Below are positions 22,206 through 31,925 of a stretch of 64,000 nt of DNA, piece after piece. Origin of the DNA: Candidatus Atabeyarchaeum deiterrae. GTDB taxonomy: Archaea > Asgardarchaeota > Atabeyarchaeia > Atabeyarchaeales > Atabeyarchaeaceae. The DNA is taken from assembly GCA_037310415.1 (NCBI GenBank), contig CP147780.1:544001-608000 (forward strand), written 5' to 3'. The notes beneath the pieces were generated by a model, which had not been told where the DNA came from, did not search any database, and saw only the letters and a program-made list of their open reading frames with translations. A program made the translations under genes and the position numbers. Within the stretch, counting starts at the first letter, position 1; the number at the start of each line of letters is the position of its first letter.

Positions 22206-23150
22206 TCATAGCCTGGATAGTAGCTCAAATGTGTTTTCTTTGAATATTCTTTCTTTTTCAAAATCAGAGAAATAGGCGCAAGAAACTAAACTCTCGACCG
22301 ACATTTTGGTTACAATCGCAGGAGCATAGGGAAAGTCACTACCGAACAGAATATGCATAGAATCAACAAACTCTCGGAGTCCGCACAAGGCAAACGTACT
22401 GGTTGACAAAGCAGTGTCATAATAAAGCTGCCGAAAATGAGATACTGCTCCTTTCGGGGCCGTTCTTCCACTATTGGGTATAGTAAGACCGGTTAAATCA
22501 ATCCGGAACGCAAGAAAGGGAATCGTCCCCCCGGCATGTGAAAGTATGAACTTAATATTGGGAAATCTTTTCAATGTACCCGAATAAACTAAATTCGTAG
22601 CTGCCCGAGTGGTGTCGAAAGGAAATTCCAACATGGGCACGGGATAAGTGAAATTGGTCTGCGTTTGGCTTGGACTTGTCGGGTGGATAAACACTACCGC
22701 CTTTCGGCGATTCAGTTCTGCCATCAATTCATCGAATCGAGAATCTCCAAGGTACACTCCGCTATAATTTGTGAGCAACGCAACGCCATCCAACTCGAGT
22801 TCATCGAGTGCGCGATTCGTTTCAGAAAGCGATTCTGAGAGATATGGGAGAGGGATTGTCGCAAACGCTCCAAAACGATCTGGGTGATCTGCCACGATAC
22901 GCTCCATTTCGTTATTTACCATTTCTGCAAGGTGGACGGCAAAATCTCTGTCTCCAAAATCAACGCTGGGGCTCGAAAGAGAAAGAAAGGCCTTTCCGAT
23001 GTGGTTGCGGTCCATCACATTCAAGGATAACTCTGGATTCCACTGGGGAAAAACCACGCCATCTCCTCCTTTTATGGCGCGTCCGGCCAGTTCGTGGATA
23101 TAATCAGAGGGTAAAATATGGTGGTGCACGTCGTATATTTGCTGTGGAAT
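22206..23150 (-). CDS. amidohydrolase-2 family (ACMSD/aromatic decarboxylase-like)
   Basis: DVHHH, FIHPT, LSHAGG, FGSDFPY; frame extends to an ATT at 23150 behind GGAG. Confidence 0.9.
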   Translation of the reverse strand: MPQQIYDVHHHILPSDYIHELAGRAIKGGDGVVFPQWNPELSLNVMDRNHIGKAFLSLSSPSVDFGDRDFAVHLAEMVNNEMERIVADHPDRFGAFATIPLPYLSESLSETNRALDELELDGVALLTNYSGVYLGDSRFDELMAELNRRKAVVFIHPTSPSQTQTNFTYPVPMLEFPFDTTRAATNLVYSGTLKRFPNIKFILSHAGGTIPFLAFRIDLTGLTIPNSGRTAPKGAVSHFRQLYYDTALSTSTFALCGLREFVDSMHILFGSDFPYAPAIVTKMSVESLVSCAYFSDFEKERIFKENTFELLSRL

Positions 23151-23406
23151 ACTCCTTCACTCTCCCGAGTCGAACGATATTACTGATGCTTTAACGCTAT
23201 CGGGAATGTAGATTTGATTCCGAATACCGTTAGGTGCAGCAATTTTGACTAATTTTCATAATATCCGCGCTTCAGATTAACCTAGCGGTATAAGTATGAG
23301 TTCGTGCCCTTTCCAATCCTCCACACATTCAAGCGGAAACAAAAGCTTGGAAGAAGAAGAGTCAATTTCAATAGACTCATTCTGACGGAAATTCTTATTT
23401 GGCATT

Positions 23407-23467
23407 GGTCGCCGAAAAAGAAGGCTGTAGGTCTGTAAGAACACAGACTTCCGCTTCTAGTCTTTTC
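23407..23467. repeat. intergenic ~60-bp repeat, copy R4
   Basis: GGTCGCCGAAAAAGAAGGCTGTAGGTCTGTAAGAACACAGACTTCCGCTTCTAGTCTTTTC. Confidence 0.78.
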
Positions 23468-23620
23468 GATAAGCGAGACTAATCAAGACCACACCTATGG
23501 TGGGCGAATGGCGATGATAACTGAACGCTCGGCTTCCCTGAATGCCTCGATCTCATGGCCGACGAAGGCTCAGAAAAAGATAAAAACTGTTTCAACCCCA
23601 GTATGAATCACGAATTGTGT

Positions 23621-23772
23621 GCCCTGGTGGTGCAAGCCTTCTCCGAAGGTCCGAAGAAGACCACGAAGCGGCTAACATTTGGGTCTGTCACACCCAAGAC
23701 GCGGGTTCGAGAAAGATCACCGCAATGCCTGCTGACGGCATACGATGATTTTATAAAATCCCGCCCAGGGCG
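23621..23772 (+). tRNA. tRNA-Asp(GUC) with two non-canonical introns (14/15: 23635-23667; 59/60: 23712-23758)
   Basis: GCCCTGG/CCAGGGC acceptor, TGGGT-CTGTCAC-ACCCA anticodon arm, GCGGG/CCCGC T stem; inserts have 4+3 BHB spacing. Confidence 0.85.
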
Positions 23773-23880
23773 CTCCCTCCTTCTCTGGCTGTGGCTCTAA
23801 GCAAGCATCCTACGGATGAGTGGATAGAAGAGAGTGAAAACTGCGGTTAGAGGAATTGTCTTCTTCTCTTAGAGAAGGGC

Positions 23881-24849
23881 TCATCCTTCTTGCTGCTCAT
23901 TTCTTCCTCGGGATCTTGCTCTTGCCCAGTAGACTTTTGTCCAGTATCCCCGCTCTGGAACAGTGATACCAAGTTTCTTGCATTTTCTGCCCGTGGACTT
24001 GGTGTGTGAAACGTGGTATTTGACTGCGATTTGCCTCAATGGCATTTCCTGAACTAGTTTCTCCAAATCCTCCTTTGTGATTTTTCTCCATTCACGTTGA
24101 AGCATATTTCTTTTCCGAACCTGTTCAATCGTGCAATCCTCTTTAGCCCTCGACAACAATTCTTCTTGTTCGCAGGGGGACCAACGTTTTCTAGGCATAC
24201 TATTCGCGTAGTTCTTCATCATCTTGTTAAATAGTTCCGGACCCAGACACATCATGTAGTTGGTTCCATTTAGCTTTCTGCCGTAGATTTCTTTTTGGCG
24301 TTTGTCCACGTAGATCTTGTAGGGGAGATCGAATCTTTTCTTGACTTGTCCTAAGAAACGCTCGCTGCCTGATGAGATCATCGTCGTGTTTCGTCTTCCG
24401 TCGCCATCAAAGTATCCTAGGAGGAATGCGAGTTCTAGACTAGTGCGGGGTAGCTTGGGATACTCGATGGTTTTTGATTTTCTGAATTTAAGACCGTGTC
24501 TGATCAGGTCGTTGCCCACCTCCATACAGGTGAACCTGATCATTGCTTGCCTGTGTCCTGCCTCATCGGTCGGGTATTCCTTCTTGCTTTTATTGAGCTG
24601 TAGGGCATCGCAGAACTTGTCGATGGTGTCTTCGTCTCTTATTTTGAGCTTTAGCCGGATTTCTGCCCTATTTGGGTATTCCACTAGGTAGCCGTCAGCG
24701 TAGAGGAATCCGAGCCAGTATGCTTTCTCTTTGGTGTTGATTGTCTCGAAGAAGTTGATCTTTAGATTCGAATGTACTGTATGTGCCGCCCACACTTTGT
24801 ACCAATGCGCCGTTGAGGCGTTTCTATGAGGTTGTCTGAGCGTCTTCAT
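23881..24849 (-). CDS. free-standing double-motif LAGLIDADG endonuclease-like protein with C-terminal HTH
   Basis: AYWLGFLYADG and AFLLGYFDGDG motifs; C-terminal LRQIAVKY...PERGYW. Confidence 0.88.
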   Translation of the reverse strand: MKTLRQPHRNASTAHWYKVWAAHTVHSNLKINFFETINTKEKAYWLGFLYADGYLVEYPNRAEIRLKLKIRDEDTIDKFCDALQLNKSKKEYPTDEAGHRQAMIRFTCMEVGNDLIRHGLKFRKSKTIEYPKLPRTSLELAFLLGYFDGDGRRNTTMISSGSERFLGQVKKRFDLPYKIYVDKRQKEIYGRKLNGTNYMMCLGPELFNKMMKNYANSMPRKRWSPCEQEELLSRAKEDCTIEQVRKRNMLQREWRKITKEDLEKLVQEMPLRQIAVKYHVSHTKSTGRKCKKLGITVPERGYWTKVYWARARSRGRNEQQEG

Positions 24850-25170
24850 GTTGCAGCTGCACTCCTTCGCTTCGGGGTTCTTTCTATTATCCTATCCCTA
24901 GAAGCCGTTTGCGGCGGTTACGCGTGGGTGATTTGTCTGCTACAATGGAGTCGTTGCGGTTCCTATTTCAAGTCAACATTTGGTGTCTGGCTGGATTGTT
25001 GCTGGGATCCTCGCGCGGTCTTCATTGGGGCATGTTCACGGTGAGATCCTATATGAGGCGGAGGCGGTGGTGTAAGAAGTGGGGTTTTCAGCATCCTTTT
25101 GCACTGTAGGTGGCTTAGAAGGAGGGACGTAACATGAGAGAAGTTGGTAGATGGGAATTATGTGTGGTTG

Positions 25171-25275
25171 TGGCGGGCCCGGAGGGAATTGAACCCTCGA
25201 CCACCAGCTGGCTCCCCTGACGGGAAGAAGCAAGGTTAGGGGGCTGGCGCCCTATCCTGACTAGGCCACGGGCCC
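25171..25275 (-). tRNA. tRNA-Arg(CCU) with a 27-nt 37/38 intron (25210-25236); C at position 33; CCA encoded
   Basis: GGGCCCG/CGGGCCC acceptor, CCAGC-CCCCTA^A-GCTGG, GAGGG-TTCAATT-CCCTC. Confidence 0.85.
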
Positions 25276-25366
25276 TATCCCTGTAATTGTGTCTTGCTTG
25301 AAGTAGAATCTGGTGACCTATGCATTTTAATTTTGTTTCTGAGGAAGTTGATCGATATGGGACAAC

Positions 25367-27067
25367 TCATTGTGAGATAAGAGCGTAGACCGTCGAGTCT
25401 TCTTTCATGGCTCGAAGCAGTTTCTCCCCGGTCGGTGTATTCTTTCTCAGACTTATCGATCCTTCGTTGTCTGTGCTAGCAAAGAAGAGAGGCCGGTCAT
25501 CCGCATAGAACTTCAGCCTCTTGTTTGAGAAAACAGGGTCGACTGTCATGATGATCCATTTACTTGAGAATCTTACCCGTGTGGGTATCTTGTATCCTTC
25601 TGCGATCCCTGCTATCATTCCATCAGCAGAGTCTCCTCCAACCCCTCTGGCGTGTTCAATTTGCCTGGGTGCCATTCTCCTGCTTGCGCTTCCTTCGCGT
25701 TCTCTCACTTGAAGTGGAACGACTATTACTTGATCGCTGAATGTGTAGATCTCGTATTCTATACTATTGCTGAGGAAGTCTCTCACTTCGACGACTGGTC
25801 TGGCTAAGTCAGCCTCCCTCATACCTGCTGGGACTCGCACCCTGAGCTGGAGACTGTAGACCTTCTTGATTTCGCCGTCTTTTACGAATATGGCGGTATC
25901 AATAACTTGACATAATTGTCCCAAACTCACCCTGTTCATTATTCTTTGTATTGCATCAATGGCGCTTGATGAGTGGACGACGCCAACCATACCGACGCCA
26001 GCCAATCTTAGATCCACGTAGATCTTGAAGTCTTCGTCGCCTCTGAGTTCATCATAGATACAGTAATCAGGTCTAACTAGAAGTAGCATGTTTGCAGTTT
26101 TCTCTACTCTACCATCTAGAGCTGTGTATTGCGTCACTTCTGGAGGAACCTGAAGGTCACGAGGCTTTTCGATTGTCTTCACTATCTTTCCTTTGCTCCA
26201 GTAGAATTCCGCTAATGCGCTTGCAAATGTTGTCTTACCTGCTCCCGGTGGCCCGGCTACTAGCACACCTTCTGCTCGTTTCTCCAATCGATTCTTGAGC
26301 TGCTCAGGTAAAGCGTAATCACTGAAGCTGACTTTTAGCAGCGGTCGAACACCTGTGATCTCCAAGCCGTCTGAAAACGGTGGTCTCGCTATCGCAATCC
26401 GGTATTGACCTAACTGCACTACGGTGGCACCAGGTTCGTCTATCTCAAGGAAGCAGTCGGGCGCTGAACGAGCTCTGTCGACCGATGATAGAGCAATTTC
26501 TTCTAGCTGCTGTCTTGTCATTGGTTCTTTCGATATCTCAGTGAGTTTCCAGTTGCCTGGTCTACCTCTCTTTGCTAGAGGCAGAGCGTTCTCTTTCAGG
26601 TGAACTGACATTGTGTCGGTTGTGAAATAGTCTTCGATCAGAAACTTGGTAGGGCATCTTGGCGCGATGTATCGAGTAGGTACTCCTTCAACTTCCGCAA
26701 TTGATGCTTGGATTGAGTCACTTGTTAGCAACGTCGCGTTATTTACTCGCGCCTGATTGCGGATCATCTCATCAAGTTCGCCGCCTCCGCTCAGTCTGAT
26801 CTGGTCGAGTGTGGGCCTCTCACCTACAAAGAGTAGGTTGATTTTTCCCTTGCTTGAGAGTATCCTCAGTTTCTTGAGCTCCTCTAGGCCAACTTGACCA
26901 GAGGTTTTCCCCACGTTGGATTGGTATTCGATCTCCGCGAGTACGGTTTTTGGTATGGCGATATCTATGGGTGAAGTGAGGTTCTCACCTAGCTCTCCAT
27001 TTTCTATCAGATCTGAAAGCATTCCGTTAATGACAATTGAAGTGTCAACTACGAATTTCGCACTCAT
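25367..27067 (-). CDS. PIN-domain ATPase (PINA family)
   Basis: VVDTS PIN N-terminus, GPPGAGKTT, LLVRPDY, DLRLAGVGMVGVVH. Confidence 0.9.
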   Translation of the reverse strand: MSAKFVVDTSIVINGMLSDLIENGELGENLTSPIDIAIPKTVLAEIEYQSNVGKTSGQVGLEELKKLRILSSKGKINLLFVGERPTLDQIRLSGGGELDEMIRNQARVNNATLLTSDSIQASIAEVEGVPTRYIAPRCPTKFLIEDYFTTDTMSVHLKENALPLAKRGRPGNWKLTEISKEPMTRQQLEEIALSSVDRARSAPDCFLEIDEPGATVVQLGQYRIAIARPPFSDGLEITGVRPLLKVSFSDYALPEQLKNRLEKRAEGVLVAGPPGAGKTTFASALAEFYWSKGKIVKTIEKPRDLQVPPEVTQYTALDGRVEKTANMLLLVRPDYCIYDELRGDEDFKIYVDLRLAGVGMVGVVHSSSAIDAIQRIMNRVSLGQLCQVIDTAIFVKDGEIKKVYSLQLRVRVPAGMREADLARPVVEVRDFLSNSIEYEIYTFSDQVIVVPLQVREREGSASRRMAPRQIEHARGVGGDSADGMIAGIAEGYKIPTRVRFSSKWIIMTVDPVFSNKRLKFYADDRPLFFASTDNEGSISLRKNTPTGEKLLRAMKEDSTVYALISQ

Positions 27068-27288
27068 TATTGACCTCCCCGTAAATTAAGGACTTTGGCG
27101 TTATCATAATGTAGTTAGTGGTTTCAAGTAAAGGAGTTGTCTGGTATGATGGCTTAGAAGAGAGAAAACGCTTATTTCAATTGTGCTGAGAATTGATCAT
27201 TAGACAAGTGGAAGAGCTTCCGGTCTCCTGTCACCTCACTCTTATGGTGGGTAGAAACACTGGTGTTTACAGCTGGGTGATGGTTTTC

Positions 27289-28668
27289 ATGAAAAACAAT
27301 AGTTACCGTGAAGAAAAGAAGAATGTTACATTAAAGACGCCGATAGGCACGAGGGACTTCCTGCCTGAGGACATGATCGCTAGGGAGTATGTGACAGGTA
27401 TCATTAAGGGTGTTTTCGAGGGATATGGCTACGACCCAATGGAAACTCCTGCCCTTGAGTTTAGCGAGGTGTTGAAGGGGAAGTACGGTGAGGAGGAGAA
27501 GCTGATCTATGAGTTCAAGGACAAGGGCGGACGAGATCTTGCCCTGAGATATGATCTAACAGTGCCCATGTCGAGGGTCATTGCGGCGAACCCTCAATTG
27601 CCCAAACCGTTTAAGAGGTATCAGATCTCGAGGGTTTGGCGATACGACAATCCTCAGAGGGGTAGGTATAGGGAGTTTTGGCAATGTGACGTCGATATCG
27701 TTGGTTCAAAAAGTATGTTAGCTGATGCCGAACTCGTGATACTTGCCGTTGACGTGTTTAGAGCTTTGGGATTCAGAGATTTCCGAATCAAGATTAACAA
27801 TAGGAAGATCTTGAATGCCATGTGCAGCTACGCTGGTATCGAAGAAGGCAGGAAAGTTGAAGCTTTGAGAGGCTTGGATAAAATCGACAAGATTGGTGTC
27901 AAAGGTTTTGCGGAGAATTTGAAGGAGAAGGGGTTCTCGCCTGATTGCGTTGGGAAGGTGCTTGAATTCATTCAGATGAGTGGAAAGGCAAATGATATAT
28001 TGAGCGTCGCATCGGAGAGATTGTCGGGTTACGAACAAGGAGTGGAGGGAGTAGAAGAGCTCAGGGAGATCATTCGCATTTTAAGAGAACTGGGAATAGA
28101 TGAAGAGTCGTATGTGATAGATCTTAGTCTGGCAAGAGGGTTAGATTATTACACGGGACCAATTTACGAGATAGCAATTACCAATCCGAAGATCGGTAGT
28201 CTGTCAGGAGGAGGTAGATACGACAAGTTGATTGGTAGTTTCGCCGGCATGGACGTTCCGGCGACAGGCATATCACTTGGCCTCGAGAGAATTATCGATG
28301 TGATGAAAGAGCTTGGGATGACCTCTCTTCCGAAGACCAAGACTTTGGTTCTTGTGTCTTCAATCGATGAGAAAACAGGCTTGGATGCTTTGAGAATAGC
28401 TCAAAGACTCCGGCTTGCAGGAATTGCGGTTCGCACTGATGTTATGGGAGAAAGGAAGATAACGAGGCAGCTGAAGTATGCGGACTCTCTTGGCATTCCA
28501 TACGCAATCATCATAGGACCTCGTGAAATGGAGAAGGGTACATTGAAGCTGAAGATGATGAACAAGAGAGAAGAGAAAGAAATGAAGATCGACCAAATAA
28601 TAGAGTTCTTGAGAGACCAGACACGAACCTGCTCCAAGAATAGCAGAGATGGAAAAGTGTTGCGTTAA
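27289..28668 (+). CDS. hisS: histidyl-tRNA synthetase
   Basis: GTRDF, LRYDLT, GRYREFWQCD, ARGLDYYTG, GGGRYD. Confidence 0.97.
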   Translation: MKNNSYREEKKNVTLKTPIGTRDFLPEDMIAREYVTGIIKGVFEGYGYDPMETPALEFSEVLKGKYGEEEKLIYEFKDKGGRDLALRYDLTVPMSRVIAANPQLPKPFKRYQISRVWRYDNPQRGRYREFWQCDVDIVGSKSMLADAELVILAVDVFRALGFRDFRIKINNRKILNAMCSYAGIEEGRKVEALRGLDKIDKIGVKGFAENLKEKGFSPDCVGKVLEFIQMSGKANDILSVASERLSGYEQGVEGVEELREIIRILRELGIDEESYVIDLSLARGLDYYTGPIYEIAITNPKIGSLSGGGRYDKLIGSFAGMDVPATGISLGLERIIDVMKELGMTSLPKTKTLVLVSSIDEKTGLDALRIAQRLRLAGIAVRTDVMGERKITRQLKYADSLGIPYAIIIGPREMEKGTLKLKMMNKREEKEMKIDQIIEFLRDQTRTCSKNSRDGKVLR

Positions 28669-28759
28669 TGCTAACACTTATATAGCTATGCCGAGTTTAT
28701 TGCGAAACGTGAAATTCGGGTATAACGTCTTCTGATCGACCCCAAGGAGTGTAGTTCCC

Positions 28760-29179
28760 ATGGTTAAAGTTGGCGATTATAATATCCCAGATGAATTGAT
28801 GTACACCGAGGAGCATGAATATACACGGATTGAAGATGAGGAACTTGTGAAGATAGGAATAACTGATTATGCTCAGAAGTCTCTGAGGGACATTGTCTAT
28901 GTTGAGCTTCCCAAGAAAGGGACTGAAGTGACACAAGGATCTGAGTTTGGTTCGATAGAATCAGTCAAGGCCGTGTCCGAGATTTATGCGCCGATATCAG
29001 GTGTCATAGAAGAAGTGAACAGTGAACTTGAAAATTCTCCTGAACTTATCAACGAGGATCCTTATGGAGAGGGGTGGCTCGTAGTAATCAGAGCTTCGAA
29101 TCTAGAAGGGGACAAACCAAAATTGCTTGGCTCCAAGCAATATGCAAAGGTTGTCAAAGACGCAAGTGAAAAGAAATAG
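28760..29179 (+). CDS. gcvH: glycine cleavage system H protein
   Basis: GITDYAQ, lipoyl motif IESVKAVSE, DPYGEGW. Confidence 0.95.
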   Translation: MVKVGDYNIPDELMYTEEHEYTRIEDEELVKIGITDYAQKSLRDIVYVELPKKGTEVTQGSEFGSIESVKAVSEIYAPISGVIEEVNSELENSPELINEDPYGEGWLVVIRASNLEGDKPKLLGSKQYAKVVKDASEKK

Positions 29180-29252
29180 AGTCTTTGAAGATTCCGCTTA
29201 ACCCCTGTTTGTTTCGACTTAATCGAGTGCCTAACGAGGGTCTGACAACCTT

Positions 29253-29462
29253 TCATTTTTGTTTTTCTGGTGGCTCCGTCTTTTTGCTTCCGATTGATTC
29301 CGCTGTCTCCATTTTGTACTTTCTTCGGTATTCTCCGTACTTGTCTAATGGTGAGAATCTAGGCGGATAAGGCATAATCAGCTTCCCTTTGCAGTATGGG
29401 CAGGCATCTGTCTTGAGAGTATATTTACCGCATGCAACACATTTTCTCAGTAGCTTTGGCAA
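29253..29462 (-). CDS. nop10: H/ACA RNP protein Nop10
   Basis: CGKYTLK...CPYC...PPRFSPLDKYGEYRR. Confidence 0.95.
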   Translation of the reverse strand: MPKLLRKCVACGKYTLKTDACPYCKGKLIMPYPPRFSPLDKYGEYRRKYKMETAESIGSKKTEPPEKQK

Positions 29463-29482
29463 CTAACTCCCCCATGACCTTC

Positions 29483-30274
29483 CTAGCTTTTTAGCAGCAA
29501 CCCTTCTCCGCCATTGGCTTTTATTTCGTCTAATGCCACTGAGACAGCTTTGTCAATCCTTTTCTCTGCTGTTTTATAGTCCTTGGCAGTCACAGTGATC
29601 CTGTAACGTGGCGTGCCCATTAAGGCAATGTTTGTCTTTGTGTCACTTGACTTTGCTTCTTCCAACACTTTCAGAAGGGATTTCTTTATCGCTTCTATTC
29701 CATCGGATTTGAGGCATCTGAGTTCGATCAGTCGATCCACTTGTACTTTCCGTATTTGTATGTACGACTCTGCAACGGATTTTATGACCTTTGCCCAATC
29801 TTCTGGTACGCCAGCTTTTGTCAGAACTTCTTCACCTTGTTCAACGCTGTTCTCGAATCCTTGATAGATCTCGCCGAACGCATCTTCCATTTTCCAACCA
29901 GCTTCATTGTATGCTTGGTCTACAGTCTTTCCGAGTTTCTCAGCTGCCATAGAAAGCAAGTTCTCGGCTTTCTGAGCTCTCTTCCACTCATAGATCTTCT
30001 GCTTTCTTGCCTGATCAGTTGTCCTCTTGAGCGATAGATCGACGTGACCTTTTGATTGGTCGACCCTCTGAACTTTTGTGACAACTTTCTGTTTTTCTCT
30101 TACGAAGTCTCTGATGTTCTTAACCCATGTGGTCGCGAGCTCGCCTATGTGTATGTATCCTTCTTTGTCTCCATAGCCATCCAGCGTGACATATACACCG
30201 TGAGGAGCTATTTCCTTGACAGTTGCAAGTACGTATTCGCCTATTTCTGGCCATTCTTCTCTTTTTCTAACCAT
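29483..30274 (-). CDS. eif2a: translation initiation factor aIF2 alpha
   Basis: WPEIGEYV S1 domain, KGHVDLSLKR, PRYRI. Confidence 0.95.
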   Translation of the reverse strand: MVRKREEWPEIGEYVLATVKEIAPHGVYVTLDGYGDKEGYIHIGELATTWVKNIRDFVREKQKVVTKVQRVDQSKGHVDLSLKRTTDQARKQKIYEWKRAQKAENLLSMAAEKLGKTVDQAYNEAGWKMEDAFGEIYQGFENSVEQGEEVLTKAGVPEDWAKVIKSVAESYIQIRKVQVDRLIELRCLKSDGIEAIKKSLLKVLEEAKSSDTKTNIALMGTPRYRITVTAKDYKTAEKRIDKAVSVALDEIKANGGEGLLLKS

Positions 30275-30506
30275 GGTCCATCATCTGCATGTATCTTTGA
30301 GATCCTGGTTGTAGTCCTTTAACCGGCGGAACAGTAGTCTAAATTAGATGAACTCTCTTTAAACACTTTGGGAGATGTTTTTCACAGAGAGAACTGTGGT
30401 TGTCCGTATCTAAGCAACATTGCTAGTGCACGTCCTGTTGACTGCGAACGGACTTTTTATATGTGTATCACGTTCTATCTTTCTGTCAGACTGGGGGTAA
30501 GATGTC

Positions 30507-31082
30507 TTGAGCGAGCAGCCTGATCTCGAGAACCTAGCTACTTTGAAGAGTTACTTGGAGAGGCGCCTGAATAACGCTGAGACCAAGGCGACCATGTACA
30601 GAGGTTTCATACAGGCAATCGACAGCATACTAACCCAGATGAGCTTCAAGGTGGCGGCTGATCTTCTGAAGGAAGGAAAAGAGGCGACAGTTGAAAAGAC
30701 AGCCAAAGGAGTTGGAGGCATTCACAAGGCTGCATTGACTTCGCGAGTTGGGGGAACCATGCTAGGCGAGGTAACTGTCTCAGGAAACTCGATGACGATA
30801 GTTCCTGCTCAGAATGTGAACTGCCTAACTGATTCTGGCACATTCAACACATTTTTTGTGATGAAGATCCTGGATAACATGATCGAGAAAGACAAGGAGC
30901 TTGTCAAGGCTGGAAAGATTGGTGAAAGGGAGAAAATGAGCTACCAGCTCATGAAGAATGATGATGGGACACTGAAGCAGATCGTGATTTTGAACTATAG
31001 GGATGAGACTAGACTAAGTGAAATCACTAACACGATAAGATGGACACTTGAGAAAACGCTTGAGAAAATGTCGCGTGAGTAG
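30507..31082 (+). CDS. hypothetical protein (N-terminal coiled coil)
   Basis: 191-aa ORF with RBS and typical composition; no function recognised. Confidence 0.65.
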   Translation: MSEQPDLENLATLKSYLERRLNNAETKATMYRGFIQAIDSILTQMSFKVAADLLKEGKEATVEKTAKGVGGIHKAALTSRVGGTMLGEVTVSGNSMTIVPAQNVNCLTDSGTFNTFFVMKILDNMIEKDKELVKAGKIGEREKMSYQLMKNDDGTLKQIVILNYRDETRLSEITNTIRWTLEKTLEKMSRE

Positions 31083-31145
31083 GAAAAGATTGTGCACTCT
31101 CTTGTACTCTATTGAGTTTCTCGTGCTCGAGTCTCTGGCTTTGTT

Positions 31146-31424
31146 CTAGGTGACTATTTCCAGTTTCTTCAATCTTATGCCATAACGCATGAGGGTGTAC
31201 CCACATTTCTTGCACTTCAACACCAAGGTTTGTTTCTTGGTGGTCTTGGCGAATTTCTTTTGTTCTGGCTTAGGTTGAGAACCGTACCCAGCCAGCTTTC
31301 GGTTATATCTTCTTCTGCCTTGTGAGAGAACTCTCTCTCGACCCTTCTTGTAAAGACTTACTGAATGCTCAGTGTGTGTCTTGCATCTTGGGCAATGAAC
31401 TCGCATTACGCTTGGTACTCGCAT
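31146..31424 (-). CDS. rpl44e: 50S ribosomal protein eL42 (L44e)
   Basis: [29 protein letters not shown]. Confidence 0.96.
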   Translation of the reverse strand: MRVPSVMRVHCPRCKTHTEHSVSLYKKGRERVLSQGRRRYNRKLAGYGSQPKPEQKKFAKTTKKQTLVLKCKKCGYTLMRYGIRLKKLEIVT

Positions 31425-31486
31425 GCTAATCTTCCTCCGCCAGGTTGTGCGGTGATTCAATCTATCTCATGATGAATTCAGTTTCT

Positions 31487-31681
31487 TCAGGAGAGTACCT
31501 CTATTATCTTTGCCAGTATCTTGGATTTTCCACCTGTTAGCTGGACTAATGGTCTGCTACACACCTCGCACTTGGCTGGCGTCGAGCACGAGCCGAAAAC
31601 GATCTGTTCGTTTCCGCAGTCCAAGCATTTCACTCTCAGAAAGCGAGAGCGTGGATTCGGTATGAGTTCTTTCTCAGGCAA
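31487..31681 (-). CDS. rps27e: 30S ribosomal protein eS27
   Basis: [20 protein letters not shown]...C..C...TGGK; TTG start. Confidence 0.96.
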   Translation of the reverse strand: MPEKELIPNPRSRFLRVKCLDCGNEQIVFGSCSTPAKCEVCSRPLVQLTGGKSKILAKIIEVLS

Positions 31682-31925
31682 CTGGATCTCTTCCTCCATT
31701 GCGGAAATGAGGGAGGCGTCCATTTACTTTTAAGTCTTTTGCAGCGTTAGCCCATTCTTCGTAATCTACAAGACGTTTAGGTCGGCGTAAATGCGGTGAG
31801 AGTTCTCGAAATACTTTCGCTATGATTTGGCATGTATTGGTTATCGTGCTTTAAATATTGACTTTGGGAACAAATACGCAGAAGCATGAGACGGTTGTCG
31901 CTGTGAGCTGGAGGTAAGGAAAGAT

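Noticed and set aside
19008-23467. R1-R4 as a CRISPR array or canonical integron attC sites
   Set aside because: Spacing is over 1 kb, the RYYYAAC/GTTRRRY boxes are not consistently present, cargo genes face both ways, and no cas or intI gene is in the window
23511-23542. C/D box-like motifs (CGATGA...CTGA) upstream of tRNA-Asp and inside its T-loop intron
   Set aside because: Boxes are degenerate, spacing is atypical and no target could be identified by eye
23555-23800. ORFs overlapping tRNA genes (23555-23800, 25036-25233) and many short antisense ORFs in the track
   Set aside because: They are shadows of tRNAs or of well-supported genes on the other strand
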